Below the pieces are notes generated by a model that was not told the origin of the DNA, did not search any database, and saw only the letters and a program-made list of their open reading frames with translations. From the IMG/VR virus record IMGVR_UViG_3300014204_000181, positions 4,804-68,803 of that record: a stretch of DNA of 64,000 bases, one strand, 5' to 3'. This document shows, one piece after another, positions 9,366 through 18,890 of the stretch. Made by a program: the position numbers and the translations under genes. Position 1 is the first letter of the stretch. Each line of letters begins with the position of its first letter. The stretch comes from a virus. Taxonomy: Duplodnaviria > Caudoviricetes.

Positions 9366-9569
9366 CTAAAAATTGAGCCCCAGAATGATCATTAATCTTT
9401 TCTGCAGATCCCTGATAATAAATGTTTGAATTCCAGGAATACAAAAGCCTATGATCTCTTCCGGCTTTCCCTCATTTGTGACAATCTTGAACACAATTCT
9501 TCCCACCAAGTGGCCATCGACTATTTCGTTTCCGCCATCATAGACATCGAGTACTTCGGTCATGATCAC
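9366..9569 (-). CDS. Hypothetical protein
   Basis: 67 aa in the leftward cluster. Confidence 0.55.
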   Translation of the reverse strand: MIMTEVLDVYDGGNEIVDGHLVGRIVFKIVTNEGKPEEIIGFCIPGIQTFIIRDLQKRLMIILGLNF

Positions 9570-9572
9570 TCT

Positions 9573-9686
9573 TTACTGACACAGGAGCTGCACCTTCATG
9601 GGAATAACCCAGTCTTCGACAAATACGAATACAGTGTGCCCTACTGCCGGAATCATCTGCTTTGCGGTGTGCTGTGCCATTGTCAT
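9573..9686 (-). CDS. 37-aa micro-ORF, first gene of the leftward early operon
   Basis: ATG 9686 after AAGGGAGG; stop lies 3 nt before the next gene. Confidence 0.5.
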   Translation of the reverse strand: MTMAQHTAKQMIPAVGHTVFVFVEDWVIPMKVQLLCQ

Positions 9687-9728
9687 ATCCTCCCTTGTTT
9701 CGTTGTTTTCTGCGCCGTTTTTGATTTA

Positions 9729-9758
9729 ACTATAGACATAAATTGTAACTAAATGCAA
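9729..9758 (-). promoter_or_regulatory. Sigma70-like promoter for leftward early genes
   Basis: TTGCAT-18 nt-TATAGT on the minus strand, about 40 nt upstream of the first ATG. Confidence 0.55.
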
Positions 9759-10632
9759 GTTTATTTACTCATGCTCGCAAAGCCGCGCCAGTCCTGTGAT
9801 TCCTGGCGTGAGTAAAGTTGATTTTTGCACGCCTGGGAATAAAGGCCCGCCAAAAATCCATTACCATTGATATCATTGTGCTTTTAGCGACGATTTTTGC
9901 TATTGACTCGGCTAATATAGGCCAGTTCTGCATTTCCCGATGCCGCGCTGTTCCAGTGCTGTCGGGCCTTAGCGGGCGACGGCAAGAAAGGCCATAAATA
10001 CCTCAATGATACTGCATGCCTATATGCAATCGTATATAAAATATATACAGTGGCCAGGGGGAGATAGGTGTGCGCGCAACCAGTGTGCGATTTCCGCACG
10101 CTTTCAAAAGGGCCATTTTCACCCATACGATCACAAAGGACCGTCGCAGATCGCTCGCTATACGCCAACGTCGCGCGCCGTTTTTCTGTCAGTGGGACAT
10201 AAATTTGCGTCGGGCATCATTTTACCCTGTTCATTGTGCCCCAGGACACTATGCTAATAACGTGCCATGCCTGTGCTCATGCGCTCCACCAGTGATTACG
10301 CATACATACACGCTTATGGTTTACAATAATGTATAACATAACCTTTCTTATACGACATTACAGGACATGCGCGCCAGGCGGTGGGACAGCTCACCCTATT
10401 TGATGCCACTGTTGCATGCACAACACACAGGCGCCGAGCCTGGTGTCCTTGTTCACGGACCGTCGCACATGGCCCCTGGCCAGGCAAAAAGAATGCTTCC
10501 CTGGAGGCCACCCCATGACCCGATGCACCGCACACGGGCGGCCTGGGTCCCATCTATCCCTCCCAGCTCTGCAACTCGCAAGTTTCAGAAAAACATTGCA
10601 AAATTTGTAACTTTTGTTTATGGGGTAGTAAA

Positions 10633-11328
10633 GTGAACCGAAAGGGGACCCTGGAGGAAGGGGGGTGGATGACCGCGATGGCGAAGGAGGGACGGAGAAC
10701 GAAAGACGCCGAAATTTCGGAAAATTTTAACACGAAAAAGCGCGGCGTGAAATTAACCGCGGCCGAAATTCGGAAGGCCAAGTTTGAGCAGCAGCGATTA
10801 TTGGCCGAGCAAAAAGCTCGAGAGCGCCAGGTGGATAAGTTGGAACGGGAACTGGCCAAGGTGAGGGGTCCCAGGAGCGAGGATGAAAGTGGAGAAGGAA
10901 AGGAGGTAGAGGAAGATGCGAAAGTAGACGTGAACGAGGAAGAGGCGGCGCGGAGTGCTTACCAGATGTTGGAGGATATGAGGTATGTTTACCGGAATGC
11001 TGGCGGGCGAGCGAAGTTGATGAAGTTGATGAAGGCTGATGACAAGCAGTTTGTGTTCATGGTTAAGGAGTTGATGAAGATAGAGGCGACGTTGTTGGCG
11101 ACGAAGATCAAGACGAAGGGTGAGGGGGGGAAGACGGACGGCGCGGTATTTGTGGTGTTGAAGGGGTTGAACGACGAGAAGGTGGATTCGTTGAAGATCA
11201 TAACCGTGGACGGTGAGAAGGTAAATGTGGGACAGATACGCGATGCGATGAACCCGCATTTTGTGCCGCAGGTGGAGGGCCCTAGTGAAGAGGAAAAGCA
11301 GGGATTGGAGGCGCCGAAAACATGGTAG
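10633..11328 (+). CDS. Putative terminase small subunit
   Basis: First gene of the rightward late block, upstream of TerL; basic N-terminus and helical body. Assignment is positional; start may be 10678. Confidence 0.45.
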   Translation: MNRKGTLEEGGWMTAMAKEGRRTKDAEISENFNTKKRGVKLTAAEIRKAKFEQQRLLAEQKARERQVDKLERELAKVRGPRSEDESGEGKEVEEDAKVDVNEEEAARSAYQMLEDMRYVYRNAGGRAKLMKLMKADDKQFVFMVKELMKIEATLLATKIKTKGEGGKTDGAVFVVLKGLNDEKVDSLKIITVDGEKVNVGQIRDAMNPHFVPQVEGPSEEEKQGLEAPKTW

Positions 11329-11585
11329 GTAAATTCAATAGTGACGAGATAATGAGGCTGGCGAACCAGCCAGGGCATCCCGAGAACAAGCGGGTGGATA
11401 TCACGGTGGAGAAGATCAGGTCTATCGGCTCCGGCAGGTTCAAGGTGAAGGTTGCGGAAACGAAGGAGCGGTTGATTGATATGAGAATTGACGGCCGCAA
11501 TTTTATTGTTACCCGCAGCCTGGGCAGGGGAAGATACGTAGTGAGGGAAAGGAGGGATAATGTCGCGCCCGATTTTAACGGCTAA
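11322..11585 (+). CDS. Hypothetical protein
   Basis: 87 aa, basic, overlaps both neighbours. Confidence 0.55.
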   Translation: MVGKFNSDEIMRLANQPGHPENKRVDITVEKIRSIGSGRFKVKVAETKERLIDMRIDGRNFIVTRSLGRGRYVVRERRDNVAPDFNG

Positions 11586-12234
11586 ATTCAGAGAAGCGGA
11601 GTTTCAGTTTCATGTAGGCCCGTCGACGGAGGCTATTGTCGCGGAAGTGTTCAGCGATAATTATACTATTTTCGAGAAGGAGCTGGAGTTTGAGCCTGGC
11701 GATATCATTGTCGACCTGGGCGCCAACGAGGGCATCTTTTCAATTCTCATGGGCAAATTATATCCGAAGGTGAAGGTGTGTGCTTATGAACCCGTTGTGC
11801 GCACGTATGAACAGTTGACAGATAATATTGCTTTGAATGAAGCGTTCAACGTCTTTCCCGTGAACAAGGGAGTTGACGGTGCCATCTGTAGTAAGGAGAT
11901 TGTTGTCAGCAGGGACCATTCCGGTGGTTCAACGAGTTGGTGCACGTTCAATCCCCAGGATCATGTCAAGGTGAACGCGGAAATGACGACGCTGGATGAA
12001 ATTATTCGGCAGGTAGGCAGGATCAAGCTGCTCAAGATTGACATTGAGGGTGCGGAATATGACGTCTTGTATAATTGTACGTTATTGGATAAAGTGGATA
12101 ATATCGTCGCGGAGTTTCATTCCAATGCGCGTTTGAGGGCGATATCTCCGCAGTACGATCCGCATGAGTTGGCAACGTGGCTGGGCGACAGGACGAACCT
12201 GGTGTATTACGACAGGTGCCCGATGTGCGAGTGA
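11560..12234 (+). CDS. FkbM-family SAM-dependent methyltransferase
   Basis: IVDLGANEGIFS, AYEP, LKIDIEGAEYDVL, EFH; AAGGAGG RBS. Confidence 0.92.
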   Translation: MSRPILTAKFREAEFQFHVGPSTEAIVAEVFSDNYTIFEKELEFEPGDIIVDLGANEGIFSILMGKLYPKVKVCAYEPVVRTYEQLTDNIALNEAFNVFPVNKGVDGAICSKEIVVSRDHSGGSTSWCTFNPQDHVKVNAEMTTLDEIIRQVGRIKLLKIDIEGAEYDVLYNCTLLDKVDNIVAEFHSNARLRAISPQYDPHELATWLGDRTNLVYYDRCPMCE

Positions 12235-12243
12235 GGGAAAACT

Positions 12244-13023
12244 ATGATAGACAGCAGGGATAACACGATCTGGCATTTGAAAAACGAGTGTAATCATGCC
12301 AAGAGGTATTTCAGGTTTCTGATGGAAAGTGTTGAGGAATATGGCAGGAGCCTTGCGGAACGGTTCCTGAAGGAATTTGGCGATAAGGATTACGACAAGG
12401 ATTACGTCAAACAATACATGATGCAAAAAAATGAGGGAGAAAAGACTATGGGAGTTTTTATAAAACCGACAGTGGGAAGAGTGGTGTTATTCATCAGCGA
12501 CATTCAGCAGCCGGCAAAAGTGTGCGCGGCAATGATTGTCAAGGTAATTTCCGACGAACGCGTAAATCTGGTGGTGTTTGATGAAATAGGCTGTCCGATT
12601 TCGGCGCAGAACGTGCCGCTGTTGCAAAAAAGCCGTGAGTATATAACAGGTCCCTACTGCCGCTGGATGGAATACCAGAAGGAACAGGCGGCGAAAGAGG
12701 AAGTTATGGCCGCGATGGATAAATTAAAAAAGCAGGGTTCCCCGTTGTTGTCTGCATCTTCGCGTCCCACTATGGATTTCGGTGATGCCTTGAGAAGACT
12801 GAAAATGGGTCACAAGGTTATCCGGAAAGGGTGGAACGGTAAAGGTATGTGGTTGAGTTTGCAGTGTCCCGATGAATGGAGCATGAACACCCTGCCGTAT
12901 ATTTATATTGAGTATCCCGCGGGCCATCCGTCATATCCCAACGGGAGCCGTGTCCCCTGGCTGGCGTCACAGACGGATATGTTGGGCGATGACTGGGTAA
13001 TTTTTGCGGAAGGGGGTGCTTAA
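12244..13023 (+). CDS. Multi-domain protein with C-terminal DUF2829/Tad2-like domain
   Basis: C-terminal MDFGDALRRLKMGHKVIRKGWNGKGMWL...PWLASQTDMLGDDW (from 12772); central KPTVGRVV...VNLVVF...WMEYQK domain; second RBS and ATG at 12448. Confidence 0.8.
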   Translation: MIDSRDNTIWHLKNECNHAKRYFRFLMESVEEYGRSLAERFLKEFGDKDYDKDYVKQYMMQKNEGEKTMGVFIKPTVGRVVLFISDIQQPAKVCAAMIVKVISDERVNLVVFDEIGCPISAQNVPLLQKSREYITGPYCRWMEYQKEQAAKEEVMAAMDKLKKQGSPLLSASSRPTMDFGDALRRLKMGHKVIRKGWNGKGMWLSLQCPDEWSMNTLPYIYIEYPAGHPSYPNGSRVPWLASQTDMLGDDWVIFAEGGA

Positions 13024-13385
13024 TGGGCAAGGAATCCGAAGAAGGAAACAGCAAGTACACGATGGTCTGTACCGGTGGCATGTTCCTCATGGGTGTCCTG
13101 GTAGGCGGCAACAAGTTGCTCAAGCCCCGCGTGTTTACGCTTCTGGAAGAAGAGGTTGATCCTGGCAAAAAAGAAAAAGGAACCAGGGTAAAATTACAGC
13201 CGCTTCCCTGTATCCCTCCGTTTGCGAACGTAAAACCGGACTTCACCTACCCCGTGCCTAACTGGGACAAGGAGTTGATTGCGCTGTACGAGCGGGTAAC
13301 GACAAGGAAGACGCCCGCGGATAAACCGGCCATACCCGTTGAACCGTCCCCCGTTCCTGGCGGTAAGGTCATAATGGAGCCGTAG
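13023..13385 (+). CDS. Hypothetical protein
   Basis: 120 aa, coupled to both neighbours. Confidence 0.7.
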   Translation: MGKESEEGNSKYTMVCTGGMFLMGVLVGGNKLLKPRVFTLLEEEVDPGKKEKGTRVKLQPLPCIPPFANVKPDFTYPVPNWDKELIALYERVTTRKTPADKPAIPVEPSPVPGGKVIMEP

Positions 13386-14819
13386 ATGGCAGATGAAAAT
13401 GCTTTCCAGGTACTGTACGACTATTCAGACGTCCCGACGCTGAAAAGTTTTACATTATCCAACAAACGCGTCCGGTGCGCCATGGGGCCGTTCGGCTCTG
13501 GTAAAAGCAGCGCCTGTGTAATGGATATCATACGGCGTGCTCATGAACAAGTACCAGGGCCGGACGGCATCCGGCGTACGCGCTGGGCGGTCGTGAGGAA
13601 CAGTTATGGCCAGCTTAAAGATACCACTATCAGGACCTTCCACGACTGGTTTCCTCCAAAACTATTTGGAGAATACCGCGTCACCGATCACATGTATATT
13701 ATCACCAAGTTTCCTGGCGTCCATACTGAAGTTTTATTCCGCGCATTGGATAGACCGGACCAGGTGTCAAATCTCTTATCTCTTGAAGTTACCGGTGCCT
13801 GGTTCAACGAAGTACGAGAAATCCCGCAAACGATCATAGAAGCCATGGACGCCCGCATTGGCCGGTACCCGTCGAAACGTGACGGGGGGCCCAGCTGGTA
13901 CGGGATGATTATGGATACCAACCCGCCCGACGAAGACAGTTATGTATATAACATGTTCGAACGGATCAGGCCCGAGGGCTGGCAGATATTCAAGCAGCCG
14001 TCCGGATTGAGTGCGCACGCCGAGAACACCCAGCATCTTCCCAAGAATTATTACGTGAACCTGGCCAAAGGCAAAGACGCCATGTACATTCGCGTTTACA
14101 TCCATGGCCAGTATGGATACATCATTACGGGAAAGCCCGTGTTCCGTACGTTTGTCGATAATGTCCATGTGGCGCCGCATGTGCTCGAGCCTGATAAATC
14201 GCTCGATGTTATCCTGGGATTCGATTTCGGTTTGCAGCCGGCATGCGCTATCGGCCAGCAGTCGCGCATGGGACAGTTGCGCATCATTGACGAGCTGGTG
14301 TCTGACGGCATGGGCCTCCGTCAATTTTTAGCCAACCAGCTGCTTCCCCTGCTCCGTACCCGTTACTTCGGTATGCGTGTCATGGGGTTTGGTGACCCGT
14401 CCGGAATTTCCCGCATGCCAACCGACGAGTCGACGTGCTTTGAAGTATTGCAGGAAAATGGATTACACAATGTTGTACCCGCGCCCACGAACGCCCTGGT
14501 CCCTCGTATCGGCGCCGTAGAAACCTACCTGGGTAAGATGGTAGCAGGGGAACCTGGTTTTCTTCTGTCGCCCAACTGTCGCTTTCTACGCAAGGCCATG
14601 AATGGCGGTTATCATTATGAACGTGACCGCAAATCCGTGAATAACGAATACAAGCCGGTGCCCGCTAAAAACTTCTCGTCGCACATTTCCGACGCTCTGC
14701 AGATGCTTTGCATGTACATGAGCGAAAAGGACATGAACGATAAGAAGTTTGCCGCGTTCGACGCACAAATGAGAAAGCTCAACGAGTACCGGCCGGCCAG
14801 TTATGAAGCTGGATACTAA
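13386..14819 (+). CDS. terL: Terminase large subunit
   Basis: MGPFGSGKSS Walker A, WFNEVRE Walker B, DTNPP, GFDFGLQPA nuclease motif, HISDALQ. Confidence 0.93.
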   Translation: MADENAFQVLYDYSDVPTLKSFTLSNKRVRCAMGPFGSGKSSACVMDIIRRAHEQVPGPDGIRRTRWAVVRNSYGQLKDTTIRTFHDWFPPKLFGEYRVTDHMYIITKFPGVHTEVLFRALDRPDQVSNLLSLEVTGAWFNEVREIPQTIIEAMDARIGRYPSKRDGGPSWYGMIMDTNPPDEDSYVYNMFERIRPEGWQIFKQPSGLSAHAENTQHLPKNYYVNLAKGKDAMYIRVYIHGQYGYIITGKPVFRTFVDNVHVAPHVLEPDKSLDVILGFDFGLQPACAIGQQSRMGQLRIIDELVSDGMGLRQFLANQLLPLLRTRYFGMRVMGFGDPSGISRMPTDESTCFEVLQENGLHNVVPAPTNALVPRIGAVETYLGKMVAGEPGFLLSPNCRFLRKAMNGGYHYERDRKSVNNEYKPVPAKNFSSHISDALQMLCMYMSEKDMNDKKFAAFDAQMRKLNEYRPASYEAGY

Positions 14820-14836
14820 CCCAGGAGGTTTGTGTC

Positions 14837-15004
14837 ATGCCAGAGCAGGAAATACCTGAACATATCAAGGTTTATATGGATTGCCTGGAGAAGATGACTG
14901 ACTGGATAGTAAATCGTGCCAAAACTGGTGATGTTGATATCTCACAGCTGGCCTATAAGTTTGCAGACAATTTAATAACGAGAGCGAAGAAAACCCTATC
15001 ATAA
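14837..15004 (+). CDS. 55-aa hypothetical protein
   Basis: AGGAGG RBS; fills the TerL-portal gap; not in the track. Confidence 0.6.
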   Translation: MPEQEIPEHIKVYMDCLEKMTDWIVNRAKTGDVDISQLAYKFADNLITRAKKTLS

Positions 15005-15029
15005 GGAATTAACTCAGGAGGAAAGCCCC

Positions 15030-17363
15030 ATGGACGCCATCGCAGAAGAAACCCAGGAGAAAAAACGAGATTCCGAAGTAATGAGGGCCTTCGGTGACCG
15101 CCTGTACAATCAATTTACCATTAACGAAGCATACCGGCGCCCCAAGGAACAGGAATGGCTAGAGTCGTTGCGCCAGTATAAAGGCTTGTACGATCCCGAC
15201 ACAAAGATCGACCCCAAAAATTCCAAGGTCTATCCCAAGATCACCCGATCCAAGGTAAACATTGTCCTGTCGCGTCTGCACGAAATGCTGTTTCCGGAGA
15301 ATGATAGAAATTTCGAAATAAAGACTACGCCGGAGCCTCGCATATCGCGCGACACGGTAATGGCAATCGCAAAATCCCTGGTGAAGCAGGATGAGAAATC
15401 CGGAACTCCCATTCTCCCGACAGCCGACGAGCTTCATCTGGCCATCAAGAAATTCTGTGATGCCACGTGCGAGAAGATGACTGACGTCATTGATGACCAG
15501 CTGATTGAAATGGACTATCCGGAAGAAACGAAGAAAGTCTTACGTTCCGGTTTGATGTACGGTACCGGCGTCCTCAAAGGGCCCATGATAGAAAAGCGTA
15601 CTAAACGCATATGGGAAGAGAAGACGCGCGGCGATTTTCAGGAAGCCGAGAAGTCGGAAGATGTGCCCTATTACGAATTTGTCCGGCTATGGGACTGGTA
15701 TCCTGATATGTCCGTAACCGAGATTAAGCAGATGGAAGGATCGTTCCAGCGGCACATCATGAACAAACACGATATACGCCAGCTTATTAAACGTGACGAT
15801 TTCTACGCTGATATTATCAAGGAATATCTCGAGGCGCACCCCAACGGTGATTATGTCCCGCGCAACTGGGAAGTGGACCTGCAGGTAATCGAAGTGGAAG
15901 CCGGCGCCGGTAAATCAAAAGTAACGTCTTCCCAGGGCTCCACCTGGACGGAAGATGCCAGCCGTTCGACGTACCGCAAAACCGGAAAGAAATACCAGGT
16001 CCTGGAGTATTGGGGATATATCGACGGCAATGACTTGAAAAATTGCGGTGTCGACGTCGAAGATGAAACCCTGGAGTATGGCGCCAATATCTGGATACTG
16101 GGCAAGCATATTATCAGTGCCAAGATATTCAAGGGCGCTGTGAACAAATACAAGGCATTCTTCTACGAAAAAGACGAAACATCCCTGTTCGGTGAGGGCC
16201 TTGCTCGCATCATGCGTCATTCGCAAATAGCGATTTCTGCCGGCGCCCGCATGGTCCTGGACAACGGTGCATGCGTTTCCGGCCCGCAGCTGGAAGTTAA
16301 CTGGTCACTGATGGCCCCCAATGCGGATATCTCGTCATTCTACCCCCGCAAGATATGGTATCGGGAGGGCCGCGGTGTCGAGGCCCAGTATCCGGCACTT
16401 CGCCCGCTTAACTTCGATTCCCATATTCCCGAGCTCTTATCCATCATCGACGCGTTCAAGCAATTCGGTGATGAAGAAACTACACTGCCTACCTGGATGA
16501 TCGGCCAAATGGTGAATAATGAAACCGCCCAGGCGACGTCCGGTAGAATGGCAACGATTACAATAAGTATCAAAGACGTTGTAAAAAATTTCGATACGTT
16601 CACTGAAAACGTCATTCAGGAGCTGTACGGCTGGAACATGGATTTCAACCCGCGTACGGACATTAAGGGTGATTATAACGTCAAGGCCCGCGGTGTGTCG
16701 TCCCTGGTTATGAAGGAAATCCGGATGCAAGCTCTTAATCAGTTTTCTACCACCCTGGCTCCTGAAGACTGGGTGTACCTGGACCGTCGTGACTTCCTCA
16801 AGGAACGCCTGAAAGCTCACGATATTAACATTCCGCTGAAGACAGAGGAAGAGGCCGACGAGGTACGCGTGAAACAGCAGAACTCGATTACTCAGCAGTT
16901 GATGCTTGAAATGACGAAGGCTGAAATTGCGTACAAGAAGGCCCAAACAATGGCCCAGCTGACCAAGGCGAAGGATCATAATGTCGAAGCGAACATCAAA
17001 GCCTCTACGCCGCCCGCGCCTGGCGAAGACGGACGTGTTGCCGACGCTGAATTGATGAAAAAACAGGCTGAAATCGACCAGATCAACGATAAATCACGCA
17101 TTGCCGCGGAGAAGCACCAGCTGGAAGCCGCTAAAATGGGTGAGGAAATGCAGGAAAAGAAGCTCCAGGGCCGCGTGAAGATGGCCCAGGAAGCCGCTAA
17201 CATGGAACATAAGCATGGAATTGAGGCGGCCGGCGCCGCTCATGCCATGAAACTGAAATCCGACGAGTCAAAACACGGCATGAAGGTAAAAGAGAAGGTT
17301 GCCACGATAAAAGCCAAGCAAAAACCGGCAAAACCGGCTGCAACACCAAAGAAAACACCATAA
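15030..17363 (+). CDS. Portal protein (podovirus-type, long coiled-coil C-terminus)
   Basis: 777 aa directly after TerL; EWLESLRQYKG, GTGVLKG, FGEGLARIMRHSQ, GDYNVKARG. Confidence 0.88.
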   Translation: MDAIAEETQEKKRDSEVMRAFGDRLYNQFTINEAYRRPKEQEWLESLRQYKGLYDPDTKIDPKNSKVYPKITRSKVNIVLSRLHEMLFPENDRNFEIKTTPEPRISRDTVMAIAKSLVKQDEKSGTPILPTADELHLAIKKFCDATCEKMTDVIDDQLIEMDYPEETKKVLRSGLMYGTGVLKGPMIEKRTKRIWEEKTRGDFQEAEKSEDVPYYEFVRLWDWYPDMSVTEIKQMEGSFQRHIMNKHDIRQLIKRDDFYADIIKEYLEAHPNGDYVPRNWEVDLQVIEVEAGAGKSKVTSSQGSTWTEDASRSTYRKTGKKYQVLEYWGYIDGNDLKNCGVDVEDETLEYGANIWILGKHIISAKIFKGAVNKYKAFFYEKDETSLFGEGLARIMRHSQIAISAGARMVLDNGACVSGPQLEVNWSLMAPNADISSFYPRKIWYREGRGVEAQYPALRPLNFDSHIPELLSIIDAFKQFGDEETTLPTWMIGQMVNNETAQATSGRMATITISIKDVVKNFDTFTENVIQELYGWNMDFNPRTDIKGDYNVKARGVSSLVMKEIRMQALNQFSTTLAPEDWVYLDRRDFLKERLKAHDINIPLKTEEEADEVRVKQQNSITQQLMLEMTKAEIAYKKAQTMAQLTKAKDHNVEANIKASTPPAPGEDGRVADAELMKKQAEIDQINDKSRIAAEKHQLEAAKMGEEMQEKKLQGRVKMAQEAANMEHKHGIEAAGAAHAMKLKSDESKHGMKVKEKVATIKAKQKPAKPAATPKKTP

Positions 17364-17375
17364 AAGGAGGGATTT

Positions 17376-17618
17376 ATGGAAAAAACCGTAGCTCCAGGAC
17401 GGCAAAATGCGGAAAAAGATGAAATTATCAACGAGCTGAACAGTGAACAGGGGCGCACCAGGGCGGTTACGCTCTTCGCGCGCCTTATGTTTCTCATGAT
17501 TGACGAAGCAAGGGTCCACAGTGACGAAATTCCCGCTGAACACCTGCAGTTTAACCAGGGGAAAATCGCCGCGTATAAACAGTTACTGGATTATTTAACC
17601 AAAAGGCTGCCAACATAA
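17376..17618 (+). CDS. Hypothetical head-module protein
   Basis: AAGGAGG RBS; ...QFNQGKIAAYKQLLD pattern typical of post-portal genes. Confidence 0.7.
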   Translation: MEKTVAPGRQNAEKDEIINELNSEQGRTRAVTLFARLMFLMIDEARVHSDEIPAEHLQFNQGKIAAYKQLLDYLTKRLPT

Positions 17619-17642
17619 AAATCTTGACAATATTGTAACTTT

Positions 17643-17795
17643 ATGATAGCCGATAAAAAACATGTAGTTATACAGGCAAGTTTTGGGGCCGCTTCTTCGG
17701 CTGGAACGGTGGTTCTACAACGCGATGAAGTGATACAGATGTTGAAAACCATGGAAGGCATGAAACGCAAGCTGCAGAATCTTTTAAAGACATAA
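17643..17795 (+). CDS. 50-aa possible ORF
   Basis: Open frame MIADKKHVV...LLKT; no clear RBS. Confidence 0.3.
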   Translation: MIADKKHVVIQASFGAASSAGTVVLQRDEVIQMLKTMEGMKRKLQNLLKT

Positions 17796-17886
17796 AGACT
17801 TAAGGCCCAGTCAGCACAAGGGAGAAAAGGTCAACTTTGGATAAAATCCATCGTTGGCCTTTTTTATTTTATGAAAGGAGAGAGGG

Positions 17887-18885
17887 ATGCCAGGCGAAAA
17901 TTCCGGTGATAGAGGGACATTGGAACAGAAGCAGGAAGAAGTCAGCCAAGACTTTGATGCTGTTTTTGACGAGGCAAGCGCCGCGGTGGATAGCGGCACA
18001 GCTGTAACAGATAAAATTGACGAGGATACCCCCGCCGCGGTTGTGGAGGATGGCGAGAAACCCAAGCCGGTAGAGCAGGAAGTAAAGCCCGCCGCTCCCC
18101 AGCCGCCAGCAGATGATGCGTCATTCGAGCATAAATATAAGACGCTGCAGGGCATACATAAGCATGACAGGGAAGTGTGGGAAGAGGAAAAAGGTACCTT
18201 ACTCACGCGCCTGGAAACACTGGAAAAGGCCCAGGTTGCACCGGCAAAAGGTGACACGGGCACTACGGAAGAGAAAAAGGCAGAGAGCGCCAGCGATCTT
18301 CTCCATGCTTTCATCGACAGCCTTACTGACGAGCAGAAGGCTCAGCTGAAAGAGTACGACGAAGAGTTTGACGTAATCTCCAAGATGGAAGGCTTAAAAC
18401 GCGAAGCCGCGTTTAAGCAGTTAAAGAAAGAGCTCGACGATTTCAAAAACGAGGTCAAGTCACAGTTACAACCTGCTACAGATTTTGTGGTAAAGGCCAA
18501 CGAAGAGAGGGAAACCGCCGATGAAGCCGCCCACTTCGACGCCATCAAGGAAGCGCATCCCGATTTTGAGAAATACAGGGATGACGGGTCCTTGACAAAG
18601 TGGATTGAATCCAAACCGGTATATATGCAGGGAGCCATCAAGAAAGTCTGCGAAGCCGGTACGTTCGAAGATGTCATCCAGGTCCTGGATGATTTTAAAC
18701 GCGACAACAACATCGTGACGGAGAAACAGGAAACCAACGTGGTCCATATCAGCAAGGAGAAGGAGGCCCGCAAACAGGCCATGACTTCCCCTGTGACCAG
18801 GCGCGGCAGCGTTAATGTCAATACCGCCGACGCCCAGGATTACGAATCTTCGTTCGATGAAGCAATTAACAAACAAGGAGGTTAA
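17887..18885 (+). CDS. Capsid scaffolding protein
   Basis: Acidic helical 332-aa ORF immediately before the MCP; YKTLQG, HPDF motifs. Confidence 0.78.
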   Translation: MPGENSGDRGTLEQKQEEVSQDFDAVFDEASAAVDSGTAVTDKIDEDTPAAVVEDGEKPKPVEQEVKPAAPQPPADDASFEHKYKTLQGIHKHDREVWEEEKGTLLTRLETLEKAQVAPAKGDTGTTEEKKAESASDLLHAFIDSLTDEQKAQLKEYDEEFDVISKMEGLKREAAFKQLKKELDDFKNEVKSQLQPATDFVVKANEERETADEAAHFDAIKEAHPDFEKYRDDGSLTKWIESKPVYMQGAIKKVCEAGTFEDVIQVLDDFKRDNNIVTEKQETNVVHISKEKEARKQAMTSPVTRRGSVNVNTADAQDYESSFDEAINKQGG

Positions 18886-18890
18886 TTCTC

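Noticed and set aside
9884-10636. Several 60-95 aa ORFs on both strands
   Set aside because: Mutually overlapping, no RBS, no recognisable motifs.
17624-17652. Canonical sigma70 promoter at TTGACA
   Set aside because: The best -10 (TATGAT) is only 12 nt away; at 17 nt the hexamer is TAGCCG. Kept only as part of the TTGTAAC motif finding.
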